Below are positions 39,219 to 47,391 of a stretch of DNA of 54,865 nt, piece by piece. The notes below the pieces were generated by a model. That model was not told the DNA's origin and did not search any database. It saw nothing but the letters and a program-made list of their open reading frames with translations. Position numbers and translations under genes: made by a program. The stretch's first letter is position 1. The number at the start of each line of letters is the position of its first letter. Source of the stretch: Ignavibacteriales bacterium (lineage in GTDB: Bacteria > Bacteroidota > Ignavibacteria > UBA10030 > UBA6906); contig JBBIRR010000029.1 in assembly GCA_037441705.1 (NCBI GenBank), positions 1 to 54,865 on the forward strand, given 5' to 3'.

Positions 39219-41336
39219 ATGAAGGTAGTCAAAGAGGTCACAATCGGTGGAAAGCCATTTACGCTTGAGACCGGAAGGTTTGCCAAGCAGGCCGACGGTG
39301 CGGTGATGGCGCGCTATGGCGACACGATGGTGCTTGCCACCGTTGTTGCCGAAAAGGAGGAGAAGGAAGGATTGGATTACTTCCCGCTGCAGGTCGAGTA
39401 CCGGGAAAAGGCCGCATCGGCCGGAAAAATTCCCGGAGGCTTCCTCAAGCGGGAAGCGCGTCCGACCGAGAAAGAGATTCTCTCGGCGCGCCTGATCGAC
39501 CGCCCGATTCGCCCGATGTTTCCCGAGTGGTTCAAATGCGAAACCCAGGTGATCGTCACCGTGTATTCGTCCGATCAGGAACATGATGGTGACACCATCG
39601 GTGCGGTTGCAGCGTCGGCTGCGTTGTGTTTGTCCGACATCCCCTTCGAGGGACCGATCGCAGAAGTTCGTGTCGGGCGCGTCAACGGTGAATTCATCGT
39701 CAATCCCACCTACACACAGTTGCAGCGCAGCGACATGGACGTGACGGTGGCGGGGACGGAGGATTCAATTGTGATGGTGGAGGGCGAGGCAAACGAAATC
39801 TCGGAACAGGACATGCTGGCCGCGCTGGAGTTTGCGCACCACTCGATCAGGCAGCTCTGCGCGCTGCAGGTGGAGTTGAGGAACGAACTCGGAAAACCCA
39901 AACGTCAGCCGCCGCCACAACCCGATACCACCGAGTTGCGCAATGCGGTGAAGGAACTTGTCGGCAACAGAATTGTCGAGCTGGCAAACACCCCTCTCCT
40001 GAAAGAGGAGAGAGCGGCGCGAACGAAGGCCATCTACGACGAAGTCCAGCTCGCGCTCGCCGAACGTTTCCCCGAGCAGGAGAAAGCAATCGCCGAAATT
40101 CTCCACCACATGGAATACGTTGCCATGCGCGAGATGATTCTCCAGCAGGGCAAGCGTTTGGATGGCCGCGGCCTTACGGACATCCGTCCCATTACGATTG
40201 AAGTGGGCTTGCTGCCGCGCACGCACGGCTCGGCGTTGTTCCAGCGCGGCGAGACGCAAAGCCTCACCACGCTCACCCTCGGCACCAAGCTCGATGAGCA
40301 AATTATTGACGGGCTGATGCCCGATACCACCAAACGCTTCATGCTGCACTACAACTTCCCGCCGTTCTCCGTCGGTGAAGTGGGCCGGCTCGGAAGCGTG
40401 GGGCGTCGCGAAATCGGTCACGGCAATCTTGCCGAGCGAGCCCTCAAGAACATGATGCCGCCCGAAGAGGAGTTTCCCTATACCACGCGCATCGTGTCGG
40501 ATATTCTGGAATCCAACGGCTCCTCCTCGATGGCAACGGTCTGTGCAGGGACGCTCGCGCTCATGGATGGCGGCGTGCCCATTCGCAAGCCCGTTGCCGG
40601 CATCGCCATGGGGTTGGTGAAGGAAGGATCGCGCGTTGCCATCCTCAGCGACATCCTCGGCAATGAAGATCATCTCGGAGATATGGACTTCAAAGTGGCC
40701 GGGACGAAGGACGGCATCACGGCGTTCCAGATGGACATCAAGATTCGCGGCATCTCGCTGGAGATCATGCGCGAGGCACTCGAACAGGCACGGGAAGGGC
40801 GGCTGCATATCCTTTCCAAAATGACGGCCGTGCTGCCCGCGCCGCGTCCTCAACTCTCGATCTACGCGCCGCGTCTGACGACGATCAAGATTCCCGTTGA
40901 TATGATCGGGGCAGTGATCGGTCCGGGCGGAAAGACCATCCGCCAGATTGTGAAGGACAGCGGTGCCGAAATCGACATCGAGGACGACGGAACGGTCGTC
41001 GTTGCCGCCACCTCGAAGGAATCTTCCGACAAAGCCATCAGCGTCATCAAAGGCATGACGGATACGCCGGAGATCGGGAAAGTCTATCGCGCGCGCGTGA
41101 CGAAGGTGACGGAGTTTGGCGCCTTCGTCGAGTACCTGCCCGGCAAAGAAGCGCTGGTGCACGTCTCGCAACTCGACGTGAAACGGGTGAACAAACCCTC
41201 GGATGTCGTGAAGGTGGGAGATGAATTTGACGTGAAGATTATCGACAAGGATGATCAGGGCCGATGGAAACTCTCCCGCAAGGCGCTGATGCAATCCGAA
41301 CCGAAGCATCATCACCACAAGGCCGTTCAAGAGTAA
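39219..41336 (+). CDS. pnp: Polyribonucleotide nucleotidyltransferase
   Basis: RLIDRPIRP, RREIGHG, ESNGSSSMA, GDMDFKVAG, KH and S1 domains. Confidence 0.99.
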   Translation: MKVVKEVTIGGKPFTLETGRFAKQADGAVMARYGDTMVLATVVAEKEEKEGLDYFPLQVEYREKAASAGKIPGGFLKREARPTEKEILSARLIDRPIRPMFPEWFKCETQVIVTVYSSDQEHDGDTIGAVAASAALCLSDIPFEGPIAEVRVGRVNGEFIVNPTYTQLQRSDMDVTVAGTEDSIVMVEGEANEISEQDMLAALEFAHHSIRQLCALQVELRNELGKPKRQPPPQPDTTELRNAVKELVGNRIVELANTPLLKEERAARTKAIYDEVQLALAERFPEQEKAIAEILHHMEYVAMREMILQQGKRLDGRGLTDIRPITIEVGLLPRTHGSALFQRGETQSLTTLTLGTKLDEQIIDGLMPDTTKRFMLHYNFPPFSVGEVGRLGSVGRREIGHGNLAERALKNMMPPEEEFPYTTRIVSDILESNGSSSMATVCAGTLALMDGGVPIRKPVAGIAMGLVKEGSRVAILSDILGNEDHLGDMDFKVAGTKDGITAFQMDIKIRGISLEIMREALEQAREGRLHILSKMTAVLPAPRPQLSIYAPRLTTIKIPVDMIGAVIGPGGKTIRQIVKDSGAEIDIEDDGTVVVAATSKESSDKAISVIKGMTDTPEIGKVYRARVTKVTEFGAFVEYLPGKEALVHVSQLDVKRVNKPSDVVKVGDEFDVKIIDKDDQGRWKLSRKALMQSEPKHHHHKAVQE

Positions 41337-41368
41337 GTCCGCGCTCACGTACACGTCAAGGGGCAGTT

Positions 41369-42844
41369 ATGGTATGTCGTTCGTGCGTTCTCGTGTTTCT
41401 GCTCGGCACGCTGATCGTAAGCCCGGGAGTCCGCGCTCAAAGCGTGGAGGAGAAACTTTCGTTCGGATTGCGTGCAGGCCCGAACCTGTGGATCAACGAT
41501 CTCAATGATCGCGTCGTGGGAATTGGCATCGAGGGGATTGCACGGTACGGCCTAACGCGCAGCCTGACGCTGGGCGCGGCGATCGGTTACGAATCGCTCA
41601 AATCCCGGCAGTTTCCCCTCACCGCGTCCATTCCCGTTGACTACATCCACGCAAAATCCGCGCACGGCTCGGTGGATTTGTGGATTCATCTTTCCCCTGC
41701 CAGCCAGTTCTCGCCGTATGTGTACGTCGGTGCCGGTGCCATGCATTACGTTCGAAAGGATGGGACGGGCTTCGGCTATCCGCCCGGCGCTTCGGATGTG
41801 TCGGTCTACATTCCCTTCGGCATCGGCTTCGAAGCGTTTGTCAACAAGACCTCGGCGGTGACGTTTGATTTCGGATACCGCATCCTCGACGGACGAACCG
41901 ATAACTTCGCTTCGGGTTCCTCCGATTCCTATCCCACCTTCAAGGCCGGATATACGATGTACTTCGGTACCAACGATGAGGATGACGACGACGAGGACGA
42001 AGTCAACAACGGAACCGAACGCATGATGGGACTCGACCCCAACAACCCCGATACCGACGCGGATGGGTTGACCGATGGAAAAGAGCTGAAGGTGTACAAG
42101 ACCAACCCTCTTCAATCCGACACGGATGGGGATGGTATAAAAGATGGAGAAGAGGTGTGGCGCTATCAGACCGATCCGCTTCGTGCCGATACGGACGGAG
42201 ATGGGTTGAATGACGGTGACGAGATTTTTACGTATAACACCGATCCTCTGAAAGCCGACAGCGACAAAGACGGCTTGACCGACGGCGAGGAAATCCTCAC
42301 CTACAAAACCGATCCGCTGAATGCCGATAGTGATCACGACGGCGTCGGCGATGCGGACGAGGTGTTCACGTACAAAACCAACCCACTGAATGCCGATACC
42401 GACGGCGGCAGCGTCGACGATGGAACGGAAATTCAGCGCGGCTCGAATCCGCTGATGGCCATTGATGATGTTCCTGCCAGGAAAGGCCCGGCGCTTGAGG
42501 TCGGCAAGAGCATGGTGCTCGAAGGTCTGACGTTCAAACCCTGGAGCGCCGAGATCACGCCCGAATCCGAAAACGTGCTGCAGCAGGTTCTGGAAATGCT
42601 CACCCTGTATCCGGACGTTGAAGTGGAAATCCGCGGATATACAGATGATGCAGGGCCGCGGGCGCGCAATATGAAAATCTCGGCCGAGCGCGCACAAGCA
42701 GTCAAGCGGTGGCTTGAAGTTCGGGGGATTTACGGCACGCGGCTGCGAACGAAAGGACTCGGACCCGATGAACCGAGGGCATCGAACAAGACGGAAGAGG
42801 GACGGGAACTCAATCGGCGCGTTGAGCTGTACAGAATCAAGTAG
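41369..42844 (+). CDS. OmpA-family protein: beta-barrel + TSP3-like Ca-binding repeats + peptidoglycan-binding domain
   Basis: Signal peptide, barrel strands, DTDGDGLxDGxE repeats, GYTD...SAERA...NRRVE. Confidence 0.92.
   Translation: MVCRSCVLVFLLGTLIVSPGVRAQSVEEKLSFGLRAGPNLWINDLNDRVVGIGIEGIARYGLTRSLTLGAAIGYESLKSRQFPLTASIPVDYIHAKSAHGSVDLWIHLSPASQFSPYVYVGAGAMHYVRKDGTGFGYPPGASDVSVYIPFGIGFEAFVNKTSAVTFDFGYRILDGRTDNFASGSSDSYPTFKAGYTMYFGTNDEDDDDEDEVNNGTERMMGLDPNNPDTDADGLTDGKELKVYKTNPLQSDTDGDGIKDGEEVWRYQTDPLRADTDGDGLNDGDEIFTYNTDPLKADSDKDGLTDGEEILTYKTDPLNADSDHDGVGDADEVFTYKTNPLNADTDGGSVDDGTEIQRGSNPLMAIDDVPARKGPALEVGKSMVLEGLTFKPWSAEITPESENVLQQVLEMLTLYPDVEVEIRGYTDDAGPRARNMKISAERAQAVKRWLEVRGIYGTRLRTKGLGPDEPRASNKTEEGRELNRRVELYRIK
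42035..42454 (+). repeat. Six ~69-bp coding tandem repeats (TSP3-like, 23 aa)
   Basis: (D/N)PxxxD(T/S)DxDGxxDxxE-like unit repeated six times in the OmpA protein. Confidence 0.85.
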
Positions 42845-42870
42845 TCGTACGCCCGAGGCATCTGCGGCCT

Positions 42871-44526
42871 CTACTCACCTCCCAGCGTCAGCAATTGATG
42901 TTTGAACGCAGCGACGTCCAGCTCGCCCGCAATTCGTTTGACGAGGTCGAGGCCGTACTTGTTCATGTAGTGGATAATGCTCATTTCTCGCTCCTGCAGG
43001 GCTCCGTTGGGCAGGAGGCCTGAGGCCGCGCGTTCAATCTGTCGCACTGCTGTTTCATTCCGCCGTCGTTGTGCTGCGAACGCTTTTTCCTTCAGCACAC
43101 TCATGTTCTGATCAATCTTTCCCTGAACATTCTCCAGCGCCGCGATCAGCGTGGGGTCGATTTCTTTCAACCCGTAGCGCAACTCGTTGAGCGCCGTGCG
43201 CATGCCTGCGGTGGCGTTGGCAAACAGGTCGTCGATTTTGATGGAAGAGATTTGCTCCGCCACGCGCGTGGCCACCTTTTCCGGATCCTCCATGAACTGC
43301 AGCATGTCGAGGCCGTACTTCTCCGTGGCGCGCAGCAGGCGTTCTTCGACAAACGATGCGCTCGCGCGCGGATAGAGAACAGGCTGCGGGATGCCGAAGA
43401 ACTCGTACACCGGTTTCAGCTGCGCGTGATAGGCAATCTCACTCGGGCCGGCGACGTAAGCCACGGTGGGCAGCAGCGTGTCCTGGGCAATCGGCCGGAG
43501 GATGACGTTGGGACTGAGCAACTCAGGCGTCTCCGTCGCAATGCGGAGCAGCTCATTGGGTTGGATGAAGTGTCGTGTTCCCTTGAGACTGAAGTCCTTC
43601 TCGCCCTCCCGCGGTTGAATCAGGTATCGTCCCCCTTTATGAAACATGAACAGGTTGAGCGACTTCGGCTTCACCTGCGCGTGATAGTGTTCTTCAAGCT
43701 CCGCACTTTGCGCGATAACAAGCTGTGAAGTCTTGGGGAACGTCGAGATCTCCTTCACGAACACCGGAGAGAGAAGTCGTTTCAACTCGGGATGGTTGGA
43801 GGAAAGAAACACCAAGCCGTAATCGGCGAAAAGAAAATTCATCCAGGCGGCAAACCCGTGGTTGAATGTGAATCCGGGCGCATAGGCCGACTTGATGACG
43901 CTCAGCAGCTGCGACGTGAAATCCGTTTGCTGCAGCGTGGAGGTGAGCTTCTCGTACGTTGCGTTCAACGAGCCGTTGAAGCGAAGTTCGCCGATGGCGC
44001 CGAGATTATGCTCGGGCACTTCATCGCCGTGCAGGTATTCGATCTTGACCGGCCGGTTGTCGGCGTCGAGCAGGACAATGTTGTTCATCTCAAGGAAGTC
44101 GTGATCTTCGCCTTCGAGCCAGAAAATCGGAACAAAATCGTACGAGGGGAATTTGGCTTTGAGGCGCTCCGCGAGTTTGATGGCGGTGATGGTTTTGAAG
44201 ATCGTGTACAGCGGCCCGCCAAAAAGACCCACCTGCTGACCCGTGACGACGGCGAAGGTTGTTGTCTTTTTCAACAGCGCGATGTGCTCCAGGGTCCGCG
44301 TCGTCGAGCCGAAAGCGCTGTTTTGTTCTCGTAAAACCCGTACGAGCGTCTCTCGATCGAAGATTCTCGCCCCGACGGTCGTAATGGCTTGCTCGTACGA
44401 CGCGTTCACACGAAAGTTGGAAGGAAAGAACGGACGTACTTCCTCGAAGTTGTACACGTAATCAAAAAAGATCTGAGAGAATCCACCCGCGGCGGCGGGA
44501 AGCTGACGGTAATCAATCCAATCCAT
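42871..44526 (-). CDS. bshC: Bacillithiol biosynthesis cysteine-adding enzyme
   Basis: VVTGQQVGLFGGPLYTIFK, FWLEGEDHDF, SPNVILRP, YVAGPSEIAY, PNGALQER. Confidence 0.95.
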   Translation of the reverse strand: MDWIDYRQLPAAAGGFSQIFFDYVYNFEEVRPFFPSNFRVNASYEQAITTVGARIFDRETLVRVLREQNSAFGSTTRTLEHIALLKKTTTFAVVTGQQVGLFGGPLYTIFKTITAIKLAERLKAKFPSYDFVPIFWLEGEDHDFLEMNNIVLLDADNRPVKIEYLHGDEVPEHNLGAIGELRFNGSLNATYEKLTSTLQQTDFTSQLLSVIKSAYAPGFTFNHGFAAWMNFLFADYGLVFLSSNHPELKRLLSPVFVKEISTFPKTSQLVIAQSAELEEHYHAQVKPKSLNLFMFHKGGRYLIQPREGEKDFSLKGTRHFIQPNELLRIATETPELLSPNVILRPIAQDTLLPTVAYVAGPSEIAYHAQLKPVYEFFGIPQPVLYPRASASFVEERLLRATEKYGLDMLQFMEDPEKVATRVAEQISSIKIDDLFANATAGMRTALNELRYGLKEIDPTLIAALENVQGKIDQNMSVLKEKAFAAQRRRNETAVRQIERAASGLLPNGALQEREMSIIHYMNKYGLDLVKRIAGELDVAAFKHQLLTLGGE

Positions 44527-44584
44527 GAGGAGGTCTGCAATGAGAGATGCTCGCGCGAGGCCAAAGCTCTCGCCTTCGGAGAGA

Positions 44585-44627
44585 AATATAACGGTATGTT
44601 GACTTTATTTCAACGGAACGCTATATT
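44585..44627. promoter_or_regulatory. Overlapping divergent sigma70-type promoters (bshC and respiratory operon)
   Basis: + strand TTGACT-N17-TATATT (44599-44627); - strand TTGAAA-N17-TATATT (44613-44585). Confidence 0.55.
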
Positions 44628-44833
44628 GGTTTTGAGTTCTGAGAGAAGCAGAGCAGACTCAGCCACACAAACTGATCTTTCGCAATTCATGTTGAGAGTG
44701 TTTCTTCCTTTCGTACCCGCATTCATTCGATTAGCGGACTTCTCGATTTCCTCTTCCATCCTTTTTCTTCATCACAATTATCATCAAGGTATCCAGCGAG
44801 CGCTTGTGAACCACGGCTCGCAAAGGAACGCGT

Positions 44834-45655
44834 ATGGCTGATGAGAAAGACATAAAGCAAGACGCAGACGAAAAAACACAACAGGCGCCGCAGAGAACTC
44901 TTCCGCCGATTTCATCGGCGAAGCCGGCCAGCGCCGCGCGGCCGCTGCCTCCCATCGCGTCGGCTAAGCCTGCAGGCGGAACCGCGCCAGCAGCTCCTGC
45001 GCGCCCTGCGCCCAAGCCTGTGCCCACCGCTACCGCAACACCTGCGGCTTCAGAACCTTCCGCGCCCCCTGTCGGCACTGTTCCCCGCGCAGCGGCCCCG
45101 ATTGCCAAACCCACACCCGAAGTCCGCAAACCCAAACAAGACCGACCGCCGGACGACGATCCCGGCATCTGGCGCATGAGCCGGAAGAATTTTCTGAACG
45201 TTGCCGGATGGTTCGGGTTTGTGAGCTTCCTCGTTACGGCAACGCTTGGGGCAATTCGCCTCATGGTTCCCCGCGTGTTGTACGAGCCGCCCTCGGCGTT
45301 CAAAGCCGGCTATCCGGAAGACTACATCATCGGCGAAGTGAACGAGAAGTATAAGGACGAGTATCGCGTGTGGATTGTTCGTGAAACTGACGGCTTCTAC
45401 GCGCTTTCCGCCATCTGCACGCATCTGGGATGCACGCCGCGCTGGCTGGCGTCGGAAAACAAGTTCAAGTGTCCCTGCCACGGCAGCGGTTACCACAAGG
45501 ATGGCATCAACTTCGAAGGGCCGACACCGCGACCGTTGGAGCGTTTGAAAATCACCCTGGCCGACGACGGACAAATCCTCGTCGATCGCAACGTCAAGTT
45601 CCTGTACGAAAAACAAGAGTGGTCCAAGCCTGACGCGTTCTTGAAGTACGGCTAA
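44834..45655 (+). CDS. Rieske 2Fe-2S subunit of a Rieske/cytochrome b complex
   Basis: CTHLGC and CPCHGSGY; Tat-like SRKNFL + TM helix; Pro/Ala-rich N-terminal extension. Confidence 0.95.
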   Translation: MADEKDIKQDADEKTQQAPQRTLPPISSAKPASAARPLPPIASAKPAGGTAPAAPARPAPKPVPTATATPAASEPSAPPVGTVPRAAAPIAKPTPEVRKPKQDRPPDDDPGIWRMSRKNFLNVAGWFGFVSFLVTATLGAIRLMVPRVLYEPPSAFKAGYPEDYIIGEVNEKYKDEYRVWIVRETDGFYALSAICTHLGCTPRWLASENKFKCPCHGSGYHKDGINFEGPTPRPLERLKITLADDGQILVDRNVKFLYEKQEWSKPDAFLKYG

Positions 45656-45672
45656 TCATCTCGGAGACGTTT

Positions 45673-46464
45673 ATGCTCGGCATACTCGATCAACTCAAGT
45701 CGAAATGGGAAAAGACGGAAGTCTACAAATCCATATTCCGCCACGGCTATCAGGATACGCAACGCAACCGGGCTCTGCAGATTGTGGACAACGTGTTTCT
45801 GCATCTGCACCCCGTGAGGATTACACGCCACGCGACGAATATCGGCTATACGTGGGGAATGGGTGGCATCACGTTCCTGTTGTTCATCGTTCTTACGATC
45901 ACCGGCGTCATCCTGATGTTCTACTATCGGCCTGCTGCCGAGTACGCCTATGACGATATGAAGTATCTGATGAATGACGTGGCCTTCGGGCCGCTGATGC
46001 GCAACATGCACCGATGGGCGGCCCACGCCATGGTCATTACGGTGATGCTGCACATGTTCCGCGTTTTTCTTACGGGGTCGTACAAGCCGCCGCGACAGTT
46101 TAACTGGGTCATCGGCGTCATCCTCCTGACCCTCACCCTTCTGCTCAGTTTCACAGGGTACCTTCTGCCCTGGGATCAGCTCGCAATCTGGGCGGTGACG
46201 GTTGGGACGAACATGGCTCGCGCAACTCCTTTGCTGGGGCATGAGGGTCCGTTCGGGCCTGAGTTAGGGATGCGCATTGACAACGACGTTCGATTTGTCT
46301 TGTTGGGCGGAACGCAAGTGGGGCCTCCCACGCTGCTGCGCTTCTATGTGCTGCACTGCATCTTCTTTCCACTCGTGGCGGCGATTCTTATGGTCGTCCA
46401 CTTCTGGAGAATTCGCAAGGACGGCGGCATCTCAGGACCCGACGTCACGTCGAAAAAGATCTGA
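45673..46464 (+). CDS. Cytochrome b, b6-like N-terminal subunit
   Basis: H-X13-H (RNMHRW...LHMFR) and H-X14-H (VLHC...VHFW); [11 protein letters not shown]. Confidence 0.95.
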   Translation: MLGILDQLKSKWEKTEVYKSIFRHGYQDTQRNRALQIVDNVFLHLHPVRITRHATNIGYTWGMGGITFLLFIVLTITGVILMFYYRPAAEYAYDDMKYLMNDVAFGPLMRNMHRWAAHAMVITVMLHMFRVFLTGSYKPPRQFNWVIGVILLTLTLLLSFTGYLLPWDQLAIWAVTVGTNMARATPLLGHEGPFGPELGMRIDNDVRFVLLGGTQVGPPTLLRFYVLHCIFFPLVAAILMVVHFWRIRKDGGISGPDVTSKKI

Positions 46465-46492
46465 CCTTCTTCTCATGAACGCGTGAGACGTC

Positions 46493-47380
46493 ATGGAACA
46501 TCTTTTCAAAATCATCTCCAAACCGGACAACCTGCCGATTGTGCTGATGCTCGTGCTGACCATCTTCTACACTTGGTTCGCAATGAAGAAAGCGCTGCAC
46601 AACGACAGGCAAGGCATGCCCGAAGAAGCCAAGCAAGCGGACAAAGTGCAGGTCTGGCCGTTTCTCGTCAAGGTCGAGTTCCTCGGAGCGTTGGTCGTGA
46701 TGGTGATACTCACCTTCTGGTCGTTTCTGATTGATGCGCCACTGGAGGAGCCCGCCAATCCCTCGCTGACACCGAATCCCTCCAAGGCGCCGTGGTACTT
46801 TCTGGGCCTGCAGGAAATGTTAGTGTACTTCGATCCGTGGATTGCCGGCGTGCTGCTTCCAACCCTGATCATCCTCGGGCTGTGTGCAATCCCGTACATC
46901 GACATCAACCCCAAAGGCAATGGCTACTATACGTTCAAGGAACGTCCGTTCGCCATTCTGACATTTTGTTTTGGCTTCTTGTTGATGTGGGTGGCGTTGA
47001 TTGTGTTGGGCACATTCTTCCGCGGGCCGGGATGGAATCTGTTCTGGCCGTGGGAGTACTGGGATACGCACCGCGTGGTGGCATTGACGAACGTTGACTT
47101 CACGGAAAAATTCTTCGGCGTGCCGACACGATTGGTCGATGATTCGCTCAACCCGCTCGCGATGGCCATCGGTGGGGCGGCGGTTGTTCTCTGGTACGCC
47201 ATCCCGGTGGTGTACTATTTCTTGAAACGCAATACAGACCTGATCCGGAAGATGGGTCCCCTGCGCTACGGCATCACGGCCTTTCTTTTCATGACGATGA
47301 TGGCCGTCCCCGTGAAGGTGATCCTTCGCCTGACGCTGAATATCAAGTACATCGTCGTTACGCCGTTCTTTAATATCTAA
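46493..47380 (+). CDS. Subunit IV-like (cytochrome b C-terminal) protein with extra TM helices
   Basis: APLEEPANPSLTPNPSKAPWYFLGLQE, AIPYID; follows cytochrome b. Confidence 0.88.
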   Translation: MEHLFKIISKPDNLPIVLMLVLTIFYTWFAMKKALHNDRQGMPEEAKQADKVQVWPFLVKVEFLGALVVMVILTFWSFLIDAPLEEPANPSLTPNPSKAPWYFLGLQEMLVYFDPWIAGVLLPTLIILGLCAIPYIDINPKGNGYYTFKERPFAILTFCFGFLLMWVALIVLGTFFRGPGWNLFWPWEYWDTHRVVALTNVDFTEKFFGVPTRLVDDSLNPLAMAIGGAAVVLWYAIPVVYYFLKRNTDLIRKMGPLRYGITAFLFMTMMAVPVKVILRLTLNIKYIVVTPFFNI

Positions 47381-47391
47381 TTGTAAGGAGC

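Noticed and set aside
39765-41354. 529-aa antisense ORF (likewise 6719-8065, 29362-30702, 35106-36377)
   Set aside because: Shadow ORFs of well-supported sense genes
42871-44526. bshC in a Gram-negative organism as a novelty
   Set aside because: Bacillithiol-type genes are already known in Bacteroidota/Chlorobi relatives
44599-44613. FNR/CRP box
   Set aside because: TTGA-N7-TCAA is one base longer than TTGAT-N4-ATCAA and is explained by two opposed -35 boxes
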